Below are positions 13,600 through 27,887 of a stretch of 64,000 bases of DNA, in pieces. Positions within the stretch are counted from its first letter, which is position 1. Each line of letters starts with the position of its first letter. Made by a program: the position numbers and the translations under genes. This DNA is from Botryllus schlosseri (Eukaryota). The stretch covers positions 29,824,001-29,888,000 of the forward strand of contig CM119372.1 of the NCBI GenBank assembly GCA_051294905.1, given 5' to 3'. The notes beneath the pieces were generated by a model, which saw nothing but the letters and a program-made list of their open reading frames with translations, did no database searches and was not told the DNA's origin.

Positions 13600-16500
13600 T
13601 TAAAAAGGCTTGATGTTGAAGCAGTGACCGTGGACGAATTCTAATCTCATGGAGATGTGGTTGTGCCATCCATGCGGATAGATTCGAATGTATCGGCAGG
13701 AAAGTACTGTCGGGAAGCGATTGTAGACTTTGGTGTCAAAGTCAAAGTTTCCCGTATATATCTGTGGATCAAGCATAGAGTTTAGTAATCGCATCAGGAC
13801 ATTAGTAGTTCTCAACTCGTTTTCATAATTGAACCCCTTTCGTACAGTGGTAACTAAGTTCCTTCGCTTCAATGTGACACAACAGCAGGTACTCTCAATG
13901 CCACTTGCAACATATGTACATTTGTATATTTACCACACTGAGGTTTCCCCCAGATGATTATTTGAACACCCTATGAGGTGACAAGAACTGCTGCGTTTGT
14001 GGGCTGATGAAGTGCTGTTTCGGTCCTTATTCTAGCTAGCTACAAGCCACGCTAACATGGTGCACAAACGGAAGGCTATGGCGGCCGAACCAAATCGTGA
14101 GTAAAGAAATGCGAAATAACGATTGGTGACCGTTTCAAGTAGGGCCGAGTAAGAATAAAATAAAGTGAACATAAAATTCTGCCATGACGAATAATGTTTC
14201 TCGCGGTTGAACATGAACCTCGAAATATGCAAGCGGTATTTGTGCTTCTACTTAATAGGCATATTGCGAGCTGTCATTACGAGTAACGGCAACGATCAGC
14301 TCGGTTATAACTCATGTCAGCAGTCAGCAACCGATGATTTTAATGCTTCGATGTGAAATTAGCATTGTTTCTTTTTACGGGTATAATATTTCAAATATTT
14401 GGTCGCCGTACGTACGTCATACATACAGGCCCACTCGCCGAGCAGCAACGTTATGCGTTCAACTTAGCATATCCAAAGATCAATACAAACGTTATTATTT
14501 GAAACTAGGCAAATTGGTGATTATTATTTTGCTGCGAGGTAGTGGCGGATGGACTGTATATTGACAACCTGATATAAGGTATGCAGGCGGTTCTCACAAT
14601 CACGTTACTATACAGGTGCGCAATAACGAGCTAAGCTAATACTCGGGACGTAATAATGACCAGCGACGTTTGAAAACCCGACGTATCTGCTATTAATAAC
14701 GTGGCATAATATCGAACTCTTTCATGTTCAGTTTCTGTCATAGTTATCTCACAAATATTGTGAAATCGTTCTTTCACAAAGAACTCGATAATATATGAGA
14801 AATAATCGATTATGATTAACTCGGATTTTTTCGAATATAATCGATTACGCTTATGATTACTTGATAATCCTGTATTCGCTATAAAAAGCAATTGCGATTA
14901 CCGATCAGGATTACCCCCAATGTCTGATTATGGTACGGTACTGCAACAACATCCATTGGCCACGAAGGCAATGTTCCCTCTAAGCTACGCACGTGCGCAA
15001 ATGCGCGGTGCTGAAGCGGTCTCTGCGCACAGAAAATCTACGCTGCGCACAAAAAATCAGAAATGATGTTTTTTTTTTATAGTTGTTACGCACTGTTGTC
15101 CAATGGACCACGCAGGCGCGCAGATTCGTGAAAATTAAGATGGAACATTGCCAGGGCCAAATATTGTTATCACTGAAGTCTGAAACCGAGGTACAAGACC
15201 GCCCCGCAAAGGTAACTATTGCGCTCCGTGAAGAAATGAGAGTTCACAATCACCTGCGCCTCACGGAAGATATTTTTTTAGTATGGCCTCGTACACGTGA
15301 GCGATACTGATATCATTTCAATAGCGCATTATTTTCTGGGAATGACGAAATAACATGGTTTAACAAAGTTATAAATAACAATGAGCTAGCTCGAAGTTAA
15401 TTTGCGAGAAACTATGGAATGATACTTCTCCGCGTGGCATGAACATTGTGTAAGATTTACTCAGGACCGCAACTTTCGCACCCCAAACCCCCAATTGGAG
15501 GGCCCGAGCTCGAAGGGGGTCCAAAATTATTTCGAGAATTAACATAAATCATGGTGTATTTTTTTGGAATTTATCAGGAATTTTTTTTTCGCGCTACGCG
15601 CGTTTTATTATTGTCAGATTTCTGATTATTGGGTACCCTTTCCCAACAAAAATTACGCATGATTTGTAGAAATGTGCAGTTGAGCGTCGGCCATTACCGC
15701 ACCATGACGTGCCAAGACATATGAAGTTAAAGGCTATGTAACATGTGACTCCAAGAAGTGCGCCAGAACGATCAGCAGCGTGAAAACCTTGGGCGAAAAA
15801 GTCTGCCCCGGTGCTGACCGAAAACTTCGATATATACAAATATATGTGTAATTATCCATGTCCATAGGCGCCTAAATGGCTGGCGCCGAATGTTCCTGTC
15901 CTGACGATCCGAGTCCCACAACAAGACAAATGCCATATCGAGGGAACATTATTTTCCAGTTAAGAAATACCAATTTGAAATCGTGTAGGGGAGATGTGGT
16001 ACCGATGGATCACTGGGACCGAAAATACTTGAAAAATTCCTTATGATAATTCTATGATTACACTCCGTGAATTTGTCTACAATTACATGCTGACAGAATC
16101 TTTACTCACATGCAAAAAAAATCGACCTGCGTGAGTTATGGGGTCTGTGACGAATGATTTAAGTTTTAGGGGGTGTAAAGTAGATTTGGATCGACATTTG
16201 CATTTTTCTATATCACCTTTCGGACTAACAAACCCGCCATAATTTTTGATGTGAAGTATATGGCTTGTATCAGGGTATATAATGGCACATCTTTTTTGAA
16301 TCAATACCATCCTTGAGTGGACTGTTTTCAAGTCAATTACAATATTTATGGGGTGGGGGACCTATGGTACCATAGCAAAATCAAGCAAAATAGATCGACC
16401 AACTAATCACTTAACAACAGAAACTCGCCTACATATATATAGGGTTTATATCATAGGTACCTGTGGTGTTTTATCGCTATTACGAGGTATATGAAAGTCA

Positions 16501-19500
16501 TAATGTCGATTTGCGGGTAATCTGTATGTGGCATTAATTTTGTAAGTTTAGGCCAAATCAAAACATGATTTTATGCCAACATTTGAGTTGATATAATCTA
16601 TTTTATTCTTGAAGATCGCGACGAAACATTCTTCATTGGGTTGCTGTAGCTTAGCTTATAGTACACAACAAAACAAGTTCACAAATTTGAGTTTTTCAGC
16701 CTACGTCTCATAGGTCCCATGGTCGTGTGCCTTTGGACTCACCGGGTGGGGACCGATGACACGTTAGAGCAACAAATTTTAAATGTTTATGAATATTTTT
16801 GGAAAGGGCGGATATTAATGTAAATGTCCGCGATAGGTAGAGCTTGTATCGAAGTGTTGAGACAGCAAAAGATCTGCTATTCTCGGTTGAAAATTTGAGG
16901 GCCAGAGATCATTTTGCAATTTTTGATCCATCGGTACCACATCTCCCCTACGTCTTTTACTTTAGTACGTTTTGGCGATTTCAACATCTTTTGACATAGC
17001 AGATATGGGGTCACGAAATAGCATCATGTAACGAATTCATTATATCAACGGGTACCCCCGAAGATTTTTTTTATCATTATTTAGAGGGCATATCTATTCC
17101 AACACACCTCACTGGATCAGGTCTACCGGTAAATCTGATTATGTGAGCAGGGAGAGGATAAAAATTAATAACAATATGTGTATGCAATTCCCGATCATAT
17201 TGGCCGATGCAATCATGAATTATATAAATTTTTCGCGCTTCGCGCGTTTAAGGACGCTGCTACTTAATGGACACCCAATGTAGATGATAAGTACATGAAA
17301 AGCCTAGAGCCCTAGGGGGGTCTGGGGGCCGAAGCCCTCCTGATGTTAGTTTTATCACCCTATTGGAGAGCGGCTGCGCACTGTTGTCCGAGGGCCTGCG
17401 CAGTGAGTTGGCGTGTTTGCGCAGACTCTTGAAAAATTAGAGGGAACATTGCACGAAGGTATTTGGTGGCTGCGACTATTTCCGGAGCTGGGTCGGAAAG
17501 CTGACCTTTTTTTAGTGTACCGACCACGAAGTGGGAAATATTTACCAGTTTTGCAGGATTTCCCACCGGTATTGCAAATCTGAGAATTTTGGAAAAGTGT
17601 CATCTTTTCGGATTACCAAAATATGGCGACCCTGGTATATGGTGATTTTACATAGGAATATACTGCAAGTTGCAATGAGGATACGTGCTACTGCATCATA
17701 TGGAAGGATTGGAAGCAAAGTGAGTGACGTATAGTATGTTGCCCAAGTGACGATTAAACACGCGAAGCATGAAGAAAAATTTTACTACCTTTTTTAGTTT
17801 ATTCTAATGTACGACGATTTACTAAAAATGTGACTGGACCTTAGATCTGCCAATGCGTCGAAAGTGATATTTTAGTCATCAACATTCCAAGATTGCACCC
17901 AGACTAATAATATTATTGATTGTCCATGCAAGTTCAAAATCTGAGTAATTCAAGTTCGATAATATAATAGGAAATTAGCTCGCGGGTCACCCTAAACCTT
18001 CTCGTAGGCCACATATGGCCCGCAGGTAGCGGGTTGCCAACCCCTGATATAGACAGACACCTTCGATAGTTTTCAGGGCCAGACCCGGAGCTGGAGCCGG
18101 AGCAGTGGTAATAATGCGGCTCCAGAGCTGGAGCCGGAGCTAATGTATGATAGAAAAAAGCTCTGGAGCCAAAGCTGGAGCAATGCAAATTTATGGCTGC
18201 TCCATAGCCCTGGTTTTGATCGTAATTAATTATTTTCATTGCGGCATCCATCTGATTTTAGTGTAGTGAGTCTGCTCAGTCGAGGTAAAATTGCCTCAGT
18301 GCCAATACAATAGGCTAACGCCGAGAGTCGTTTACAGTCTTTCGCGCCGAAGTCCCTGGATTTAACCGACCAGGCTAACTCGAATATTAATATTCTCTTC
18401 GACAATGTCGAGAGAACAAACGTTTCGAGGTCGAACTAAGCACCTTGACGTGCTGCTTGCTCATTTCCCATAACCACTAGTGGTAGGTTGGTTTGAATAT
18501 ACTATGAATTAGGGATGGTGTGAACGTGAGATTCGCGTTCGCGTTCTGTGTGTGAACCTAAGAAATTTAGAGGTTCACGTTCACAGACGAATCCTCGTAA
18601 GTTCTGCACTGTGAACCATTTTCATACATTATAGTTTTTCAGATCACAACATCATTGGTTGAAATTCTTTGCTTTGCACGACGCTGGCAATATAAAAATA
18701 TCAACACACTATAGTTTGCACGAAATATCCAGCTTTGCGTTTGTGAATATTTATTGACTCACTGCTTTGAGCTTGACCTGCAATCACACAACGTCAAGAG
18801 CGAAATACGCTACATATACGTTGATAGCGAATCATGCTTTATTCCACCAATCAATGAAATTGATGTAAAGAATAGCCTACATCGATGTCTACTGTAAAAA
18901 ATCTAACAAGCGTACTGGATCCATCTTGATTTTATATGTTTATTGTATCATAAAATTCAAATCCGTGCGATTGGTGTGTTGGCCTCTGTATAACGTGTTA
19001 ATGGGATGCAAGTATACAAGCCCGTTTAACACTCAGCTCAATATCAATATATCAATAGTCAGACGCCGAATACATTGTCCGGTCTGGCACAGATCGTTAA
19101 GAGTATTTCCTTGCAAAACCTCGTCGAATTCATTGTTGGCAAAGCGACGGAAGATATCAATTTTATGGGAATATCATATCATTTGATTGCTCCACTTGAT
19201 ACATTTGGTGACTTTTAAAAAGTCAGCATGTACTTCAGCATTGTGGCATAATGTGGCCTCAGTCGTCGCTGTACATTATTATATCACTTCATTGAAATAT
19301 ATTAGGTTGGAATTTGCAATATGACGTCGCGTAACGTCATTTAGGCTCACGTTCGCGTTCACACGGAACCTTTCAGAGTTTACCACCATACCTAACCTAT
19401 ACTATGAGGACAATGCGCCACACGAAAACATCTGACCACAGCTATGCCTGGCCATCCACAAAATCACAAGCCTATCGTCAGCCTAAGTGCCCAAAAACTG

Positions 19501-22500
19501 TGGTTTGGGCCTGCCAATACTTCTAGGGGGCATCGCCCCAAGACCAAGACCCCACAGCTGGTTTGTTGTTTCCACCAGTACTTGTGAACACATTAGAGAA
19601 TGTACTATAGGTGCTTCATGACTGAATCGGTCGATAAAATTGTTAATTGCATAAATTCATATACTGCTGTAAATTTTTATACACTCAGAATTATCAGATT
19701 TTCCGATGGAGATGATTGAGGTGACGTGCTGGAAAATTTAGGGCACGTAATTAATAAGTTGGGTTGGTCTGTTCGAATAATTAGGCTACTTCATTGCATA
19801 ATAATATTTCGTCACCTACTGTCTTGACTAGATATTGAAATCCCCCAAGCGTACTAAACTAAAGGACGCACACGATTCCTAACTGGTTTTTCTTAACTGG
19901 CAAATCATTTTTCTATGTGGTTTGGCGTTCGTGCAATGGGGTACAGATTGTCATGACATTGAGATTAGGCGCTAGTCATTTTGAACATTTTGAACATTTT
20001 GACAATTAGACATTATATATCGAAGTTTTCGGCCAATAAAGGGCAGTTTCTTCGGCCTAGGTTATTCCACCGGTGAGTTTTTCGCACACTTTCCGGATTC
20101 TTATCTTAGCCTAAACTTTATTATGTGATGGGGTATGGCCTGACGCCGAAATGCCCATTTCTATAATTCATGAGTATATCTTGAAGGAGGGACGCCTAAA
20201 AATAAAGACTTTCAAGACATTTAACGACACTAAACCTTGCAAGTTTAGTTATACAATTGCAAATTACCTCACGGACCGACTAGAAATTCGTCGCGGACCG
20301 GCGGTTGAGAACCACTGGTCGAAGGCACGCCCCTTAGCGCACCGCTATTTGCCTACAACTTAAAATGCATAGAATTACCTTGTCAGAATTCCCTTCTCTC
20401 ACCATCTGATAGGTTGTTCTGTCAGTACTACACGCCACTTTATATTTGGTCACCCACTGATTGGCTTTTTGTGGCCTTCCTTGAGTGATTACCCCAGCCA
20501 CTTTCTTCACCGTAAAGAAGTCTATTTCTATCCACGTGCCGATAGAGTCTTCGAGTATGTTGCAAAATATGCACGCAATCAGAAAATTGGTTTTTACTAC
20601 TACTCCAGCTGGAATATCATCTTCAAGTCATGTCGATCTATATTTCATAGCATTATCTTTCGGTTTGTACACTGTTAATATTGATTATAGTATCATTCTA
20701 AATTAAAATGCTTTTACTGTAGTCGCCTACTTATCACGTAGCTGGCTTTGCGTGATATGTTTACGATTGTAGCATACAGTGTGAAATAAAAGCGTGGATT
20801 TTTTCAATTTCCACCATAGCGTGGGGCACGGACCAAGTCAGAAGCAGCGCTGCAGAATAACGTCTAGGCCAGTGGTTCTCAACCGGGGGTCCACGACGCA
20901 TTTTCAGGGGGTCCGCGAAACCTCTAAATTTGTAAATGATTGATAAACAAATTTGTATTTTTTATTGAAAGAAAAGCTTGGGACAGTTTCACTTCATAAT
21001 CGCTGAAACTGTAGGACTCACATCAATAAAACGGTCATCTGAGATGAAATATCGGACTGCACAAACTCATTTCAATTGTCCAATTGCCAATATCCTTCCA
21101 ATATTCCTGTTTAGAGATGCTTTGTTGGGGTTTGTTGAAAAATAAAATCTTGGAGATAACAAAGTCAAACTGGGTGACTTCGAAATGTCTGCAGAACATT
21201 TGTGATCTGGAGTTGTCTGTCATTCCAAATGAATAAACAGTCGTTCGAACTAGAAATTCCTGAATTTTTTTTTCCTAATCCGTCCCAATGAAGGAATTTG
21301 ACACTATCCACGAAATCTATTTTCTCCTGTGATATATCCACCAGATAACTTCAAGATGAGATGTGGGATAGAAATGATTAGGGTGGACGTGATATGTTCA
21401 ATAAAGACTCACAGCAAAATGTGTGGACGGAAACGTTACGCGTTATTATTAGATTCGCCAATACGTATCTTTTGTGGAAATGGATTTTAGGCACTGGTTC
21501 ATATCACATCGAAGACGCGTATTTCCGAGACATTAAATACTATACAAATTAAACATGGAACGGCAACGACCGATTTTGCGGCTTCGTTCCGCTTCGCGGA
21601 GGCTGGAGTGGAGAATTGTTTTGCGTAAGCGACTGTAGGATTTCTGGCAATCCAAAAGCTATCTTCCCGAGCGCATAAATTACTGAATCTGGTCTTGATC
21701 GAAAGCTACTGTTGCACCGATTCCGAAAATATAAATTAAAATATTGATCAGGCACTGATCCACTTACAATCTGTCCTCCAAGTCTGAAATGTCGGCATTG
21801 TTCAGAACAACCGGGTAACCGCAACACAATGGCCATAACAATGACCCGTTGCGACTCTCCGATTGTTCGAACAATGCCGATATTTCGGACTTGGAGGACG
21901 GATTCTCGGTGGATCAGACCCTGATCATTATTTTAATTTATATTTTCGGAATCGGTGCAACAGTAGCTTTCGATCAAGACCAGATTCAATAATTTCTGCG
22001 CTCGGGAAGATAGCCTTTGGATTGCCAGAAATCCTACAGTCGCTTACGCAAAAGAATTCTCCACTCCAGCCTCGGCGAAGCGGAACGAAGCTGCAAAATC
22101 GGTCGTTGCCGTTCCATGTTTAATTTCTATAATAAATACAGATGCAAAATACGCTTCGAAATACTAAAAGTATACCCAATTTCTATATATAGTGTGGTGT
22201 TATTTTCAAGAAAAGTGATTTTGCGGCTGTTTATTATCAGCCTACAAATAATACTTGCACAAGAATTTTGCAATATTTGCACGATAATGGGGCTGATTTT
22301 GAAGGAAAACCTGAGGGGGTCAGCGAATACAAAAAAGTTGAGAACCGCTGGTCCAGGCCTGCTACGACATCCTAGATAGAGGTTGTATCAGTATATGTAA
22401 ATACCGGACTCCTCATTACGTGGTACATTACCATCTACAAAGCTAACCCGATTCATTGAACATTCTCGGTATTTACCTCATATAAATCCAACAATAATTT

Positions 22501-23111
22501 ACGGAAGCTATTAGTCAATGTCCATATTGTCCATAGGCAGGAAATAAAATGAAGAATTATTACTTTGCTTTGAAGCCCATGAACCACCGCTTATATGGGA
22601 AATTCGGTTATCGAGACGCGATTGGTGTGGTGCGTGCCAATCGTTATAATACGTCGAAGCACTAACTGCGTTATTGGGTATCAGTCCAGATTTCATCCCC
22701 ATGTAACAAACTGCAATATTGATGAGTTGTTATGCGAAACACATATTGCAGAATACTATACATACTCACGTTCGAACTGTTTGGCAAAACTTTGTAAACC
22801 TAGGAGAAAGAAAAAGGGAGATGATTATTATGGTTGCTAATATTGTTTATTTTGCAAAATGTAAAAAAGAAATATTTAGCTATCGCTTGTTATCGATCAT
22901 TGACATATTACTCAAGTTCTGATAAGTACAAATATGTCGCATTCATATATTGTAATGCCGGCATTTCAATCAGTGATCGACATTTCGCCTAACACTTACT
23001 CTTGTCGATCATTGATTGCATCATTTCCGCCATTGCATCTTCCACTCCGTAATCAGCCAGTGTTGCGCTGGCACAGATCGAAGTCACGCAAATTAGAACT
23101 TTCAGATTCAT
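13600..23111 (-). CDS. Secreted single discoidin (F5/8 type C) domain protein, 196 aa, 4 exons
   Basis: Exons 23111-23000 (signal peptide MNLKVLICVTSICASATLA), 22710-22564 (CYMGMKSGLIPNNAVSAST...SRLDN...GGSW), 20548-20379 (WIEID...VAGVITQGR...QWVTKYKV), 13761-13600 (IYTGNFD...RYIRIYPHGW...SMRLEF). GT-AG, phases 1/1/0, 591 nt open frame. Confidence 0.9.
14969..17451. mobile_element. hAT-type non-autonomous element
   Basis: TIR CAATGTTCCCTCTAA...TTAGAGGGAACATTG, perfect TSD CACGAAGG. Confidence 0.87.
15988..16948. mobile_element. TA-target MITE (Tc1/mariner/pogo-like) nested in 14969-17451
   Basis: TIR GGGGAGATGTGGTACCGATGGATCA, flanked by TA. Paralogous modules near 34390 and 58800 lack it. 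Confidence 0.8.
20870..22350 (+). mobile_element. hAT (Buster-like) deletion derivative with transposase C-terminal remnant
   Basis: TIR CAGTGGTTCTCAAC...GTTGAGAACCGCTG, TSD GTCTAGGC/GTCCAGGC. ~21448-21520 reads like F-A-x-T-Y-L-C-x-x-G-F-x-A-L-x-H-I-x-S-K-x-R with a frameshift and a stop. Absent from the paralogous intron near 27660. Confidence 0.8.
21549..22123. repeat. Fold-back (palindromic) element, ~270-bp arms with short spacer
   Basis: TTAAACATGGAACGGCAACGACCG...CGGTCGTTGCCGTTCCATGTTTAA. Mirror ORFs 21549-21836(-) and 21863-22123(+) translate almost identically. Confidence 0.9.
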
Positions 23112-23168
23112 CTCGCCTGTTCGTGTTGCAATCGAAAAACGATGTGCTTGAGGTGGTTGGGTATCTTC

Positions 23169-23175
23169 TTATATA
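23169..23175 (-). promoter_or_regulatory. Candidate TATA box of the discoidin gene
   Basis: TATATAA about 58 nt upstream of the ATG on the minus strand. Confidence 0.45.
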
Positions 23176-23607
23176 CAGTTTTGCAGCCTGGTTTCTACGG
23201 AGAAGAATGACCTATAATTCGGAGGTAGTTGAACATAATATTGCCCAGCTGATGAAATATACTCGTATAGTAACAACTGAGAGAGACTGCGAATTCGAGA
23301 GTTATTCGTTCCTCGGAACAAACATGCCTTTACTTTTTGCGGAATTATCAATTGAGAATGTGTACACAAATCCATTTGCTCTTCCTAAATTGGACTTGTC
23401 TTAGCTCTTTTGATGTTGGTTTCCAATTGATAAATACCACCACCGAAGTATGTCAACTGTTGGGTTTGATGCTCGGAGGTGGTCGCAATTGTATCGTCTC
23501 CGCCATTTGCTCTTATAGGACCTAATTATTTCAAGGCTTTAATGTCGACGCAGATAAAATGCAGACAAATTGCCGAACAAATGTGTTGATAAAACGACAC
23601 TCTACAA

Positions 23608-24928
23608 CAGGCTTGGGCAAAGTGGGCCCGCGGGCCAAATGCGGCCCGCGAAGTCATTCTGTGCGGCCCGAGAAAGGTTGCTTGGAATCCATAACATTAA
23701 ACCTGCTTTTTGAATGTGGATGCACGGACTAAAACCATAGGTTGCATCAACTAAGCAGGTAATTTGTGTAATTTGAAGCCTGTTCTGTTCATTCATATGC
23801 CACGATTACGCTGCCTACGTATCTCGCATGCGTAATGCAGATTCAACATGAAGGCAATGTTGCAAAGTATGATTAACAATTATATTCAGAAGAAATCACT
23901 ATTTCCATATAGTTTAGTTCAAACCTTCTTTGTTGCCATTGTCACATTACGTATTATACGGGTAGGCTACGTGTTTCGTATTGTTACGTAAGGCGTTTCC
24001 ATATCCCTAATTCGAAAAACGAGGCAAACAGTGCTCGCAATTACTCTATTTGACTCATCATAACTATCACCCATAAAAGATGAACGGACATGTCAAAAAG
24101 AGAACGCCGAAAGCTGAAATTCAAAGAAGGTTTAGAGCACTAAATATTTGTATACTGGAGTTATATGGGTAAACCCGTCCTTTTAGTTTTTGCCGAGCAC
24201 TCGGTCAAGGAAGAGCGAATTAAAAAAAAATGCAAACTTCGCTCAACATCAATGCTATTGGAGCTGCACACTGTTCGACATGCAGCAACCAAGACAAGCT
24301 TTGTACTATATCCCATATATATTCCAGTGCAGTAGTTCTCGAACTGAGGGTCGTGAATGCATCTGGCGGGAGGCGGAAGCTGAAGATAAATGAAAAAAAT
24401 TTTCGCGCTTGGCGCGATTTAACCCCAGCTTATAGTTTCTTGCTCTGTTTCTTGTCCTACTTTGATATTACAGAATACTCTCATCAACAACCATAACTTT
24501 TCGTGCCATCCAACTATCCGTCGGGATTGCTAGCATGCTGGTTGCTCTTTTTAATATGTTATGATATGAAGATAGGGGGTGGGCGCAAAATTTTCCACTG
24601 TCATAATGGAGGGCGTGTCCAAAAAAAGTTTGGGAACCACTCTTTTAGTGTCTTAATAGAAGAACGTTGATAAGGTTCTAAAGAGAGATAAAAATGTATC
24701 ATGATTAACATTGTTTCGAATCATGACGGCATATCGATATTTATTTAAGTATCCGCCCCTTTCTCATTACCTAACATCAACACATTCACTCAGCAGCATA
24801 CATTAACAATGTAATTTATAAATTAAATTAAATACAATGAAGAATATAGCAAAAAATTATCACTCGGCCTGCCAACGTATTTTCTACTACTCATTTGGCC
24901 CGTGGAGGAAAATAATTGCCCACCCCTG
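23608..24928. mobile_element. hAT (Buster-like) MITE
   Basis: TIR CAGGCTTGGGCAA...TTGCCCACCCCTG, TSD CTCTACAA. Confidence 0.85.
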
Positions 24929-26024
24929 CTCTACAATGTTTAAATTTCCCAGGCCACGTTGAACAGTTTGGACCTGCGACACTTCCCGTCGGCTATATAA
25001 ACACCTGAGGCAACTGGTCGTGGAGATATTAAAATAAATTTGTTCACTTAGGCTTGTTTGCTCCGACTAAATCAGTCTTGACTTGGATATTCTGTTGATT
25101 TGGTACTAGTGCAATGAAGTCTCAGCAGCAAATGTGTGGATTTGTACCGGTAATAGCCTTATCTTGTGGAAGTGCATGGTCTCGTCTCTGGAGTTCATTT
25201 TATTCAACCTCAATATTTCGAGACTTTCTTGCCCACGCTGAGTCCGGAGAAGTTTAAAAAAATACTCTTTCACTATTATGTAAGCACTTACGCGAGCCGC
25301 TCTGAACAATTTAAATTAGGGTTGTCTTCTAACAGGAACTTCCCCGGCTGGAAGATATACCGGGGATTACCATAAAACATGCTTTAGACAAAGTGTTTTA
25401 AAACACCATTCGTTTTAAATGCAACCCTAGTCCGGAGAATGATGAGGGATCTCGGAAAATGACATAATGTCTCGCAAGTAGTAACATCTAAACATTCTAC
25501 CGCAGGATATCGGGAAAAAAAGACATAATGCGTTGTGAAGACAACATCCACACGCTCGTTTTCTCTGATTACGTGAAATTCACACTGTTGCGACAAAAGA
25601 TATCGCCTAAAATCTGGGAATTATATTTTACTGTATTTTACCTGCTTGCTTATTGATTTTCTCTTTCGGTCCGGATTTCAGTGCTGAAAGTATTCATAGG
25701 CGATGCATATCACATAGTCGATGCATGTTTGGTGATACTAAAGTGTCGAAATTTGTCACCGTAAATACTATAAATAAAAAAATGGTTGACATTTCAATTC
25801 AAGATTGCACGGCCTTTAGCGGTCGGAATTGACTGAAATTTTATGCGCGGCGTTTTTTAGGCAACCTGACACTTTTATCACTAAGTGAGTGAAATTTGGA
25901 AAAAAGTTATTTTCGCACGACCGACCGGAGCCGGTGTCGAATCGGAGTTTCGTTAAATTTTCTCTTATTGAAGTTGGGTTCACTGAAATTTTTCACATCG
26001 TCTGAAGTCGGAGTCGGAACTTAC

Positions 26025-27887
26025 CTTGTCATTATACCCCCTTCTCTCACCATCTGATAGATCAGGGGTGGGCAAACTCTTGAGCTCGCGGGCCGCATTC
26101 AACATCTAAATCCATTCGCGGGCCGCATTATATAAAATTGAGATTATATGGTGAGGACATGGAGATTATATATGTTCCCTTTTAAAACAAAACAAACATT
26201 GCTTTGATGATATCGTATACACGTCAGAAACATAGTGGCGAGATTTTATAGGCTGGTCGACCCCAATAACCAATTTGTCAAAATTATAGAGATGAAAGTC
26301 GTTTGTCCCGATTCTTAAAACAGGATTGCAATTTAAATCTATGAGCAGCGATCTGATCATAGATTTACTAATTCCACTTTTGGCTCAGTTCCAGGACACA
26401 ATACTGATAGCATCATAACCATGTTAGCTTCAAACACGCATCTACGATGTGTAGATAAAATATAAATACCCCAATTCTACGCATACAGAGAAAGAATCTA
26501 CCTAAGACACGCGCAAATCGTTTCTATAAGCACATCACTGAAATAATTAAAACTGCAATGAAGTGGCCAATACGAAATCCCACTCGCATATCCGGATTAT
26601 GTCAATCTCGTTTAGGATTTCTGTGATTTTTAGTAGTTGAAACCTTTCAAACTGCGTGCGCCTTGAGATCGGGCTGTCGCGCCAGAAATTAATCATAAAG
26701 TAAGGAAGTAATTACCTATCAGAACAGTGGCTATCAAATTTTTTGAGACACGCCCCCTCCCTTTGTGATGGCGAAAAATTTCGCGCCACCTTTATCGTCA
26801 TATCACAAAACGCAACTAGGGTGCTAGCAACCTAACAGATAGTTTGATGGCACGGAGGGTTACGAATGTGGATGAGGAATTTTTAAATATGAAATTGAGA
26901 CTAAATACAGAGCAATAATCATGACGTGAATGAGAATCGCGCGGAACGCGAAAAAATTTTTCAGTGGAGGGAGGGCGTACCCCAGTTTTATGACCACTGT
27001 CTTCGAATTATCAAGGTGAAATATACTAAGAAAAAGTTTAATGAAATCCCTGCATTAATTCGATATTTAGTACCGATTTTATAAATATTTTTAAAAAGTT
27101 TCTTTAGACTCTCGCGGGCCGCACAGAACGGTGTAGCGGACCGCATGCGGCCCGTGGGCCGGAGTTTGCCCACCCCTGCGATAGATTGTTCCGTCAGTAG
27201 GCCTACCACACGCCACTTTTTATTTGCTCACCCACTAATCGCAATTTTTTGGTCTTCCTTGAGTGATCACCCCATCCACTTTCTTCACCGTAAGGAAGTC
27301 TATTTCTCTCCACGTGCAGACAGCGTCTTTAAGTATTATGCAAAATCTGAACGCAGTCAGTAAATTTGGTACAGTGCTACTTCGGCCCAAATATCCTCTT
27401 TGAAGTCATGTGGATCTTCATTTTCATAGCATAATATATTTGACATAGATATACTATCCTTCGGTTTGTAGCGTTATTATTGATTCTAAGTTATTAGCAA
27501 ATAAAAATACAATTACTATAGTGCTTATCACGTAGCGGAATTTGCGAGATACGTTCATGAGGGTATCATACCATACACTGTGAAATAAAATGTGGATTTT
27601 TTTTATTTTCACCATAGGGTGTCGCGCGAAGCAAGTCTGAAGCAGTGCTTCAGAATTACGTGTAATACGACATTATGAACACAGATTGTATCAGCATATA
27701 ATAGCCTACTGGTCTCATAGCCTACTGGACTCATTGAACATTTTCGGTATTAGCCTCATACAAATCTAATGTTATTTAACGGAAGATATTGGCCCATATC
27801 TATAGGCAGGAAACGGAATGTAGAATTATTACTTTTCTTCGAAGACCATGCACCAATGCTTTGGTAGGAAACTTGGTTATCAAGACG
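26025..27887 (-). pseudogene. Decayed partial tandem duplicate of the discoidin gene (part of exon 2, intron 2, exon 3)
   Basis: Exon 3 copy (WREIDFLTVKKVDGVITQGRP) has in-frame TAG and TAA and is split by the MITE at 26063-27178. Exon 2 copy is cut by the MITE at 27888. Confidence 0.85.
26063..27178. mobile_element. hAT (Buster-like) MITE
   Basis: TIR CAGGGGTGGGCAAACT...AGTTTGCCCACCCCTG, TSD TGATAGAT/CGATAGAT. Same family as 56533-57647. Confidence 0.88.

Noticed and set aside
21549..22123. Divergent paralogous small-protein pair
   Set aside because: Mirror ORFs are a by-product of the palindrome.
22934..23404. 156-aa plus-strand ORF
   Set aside because: Antisense to exon 1 and the promoter of the discoidin gene, with no recognisable features.
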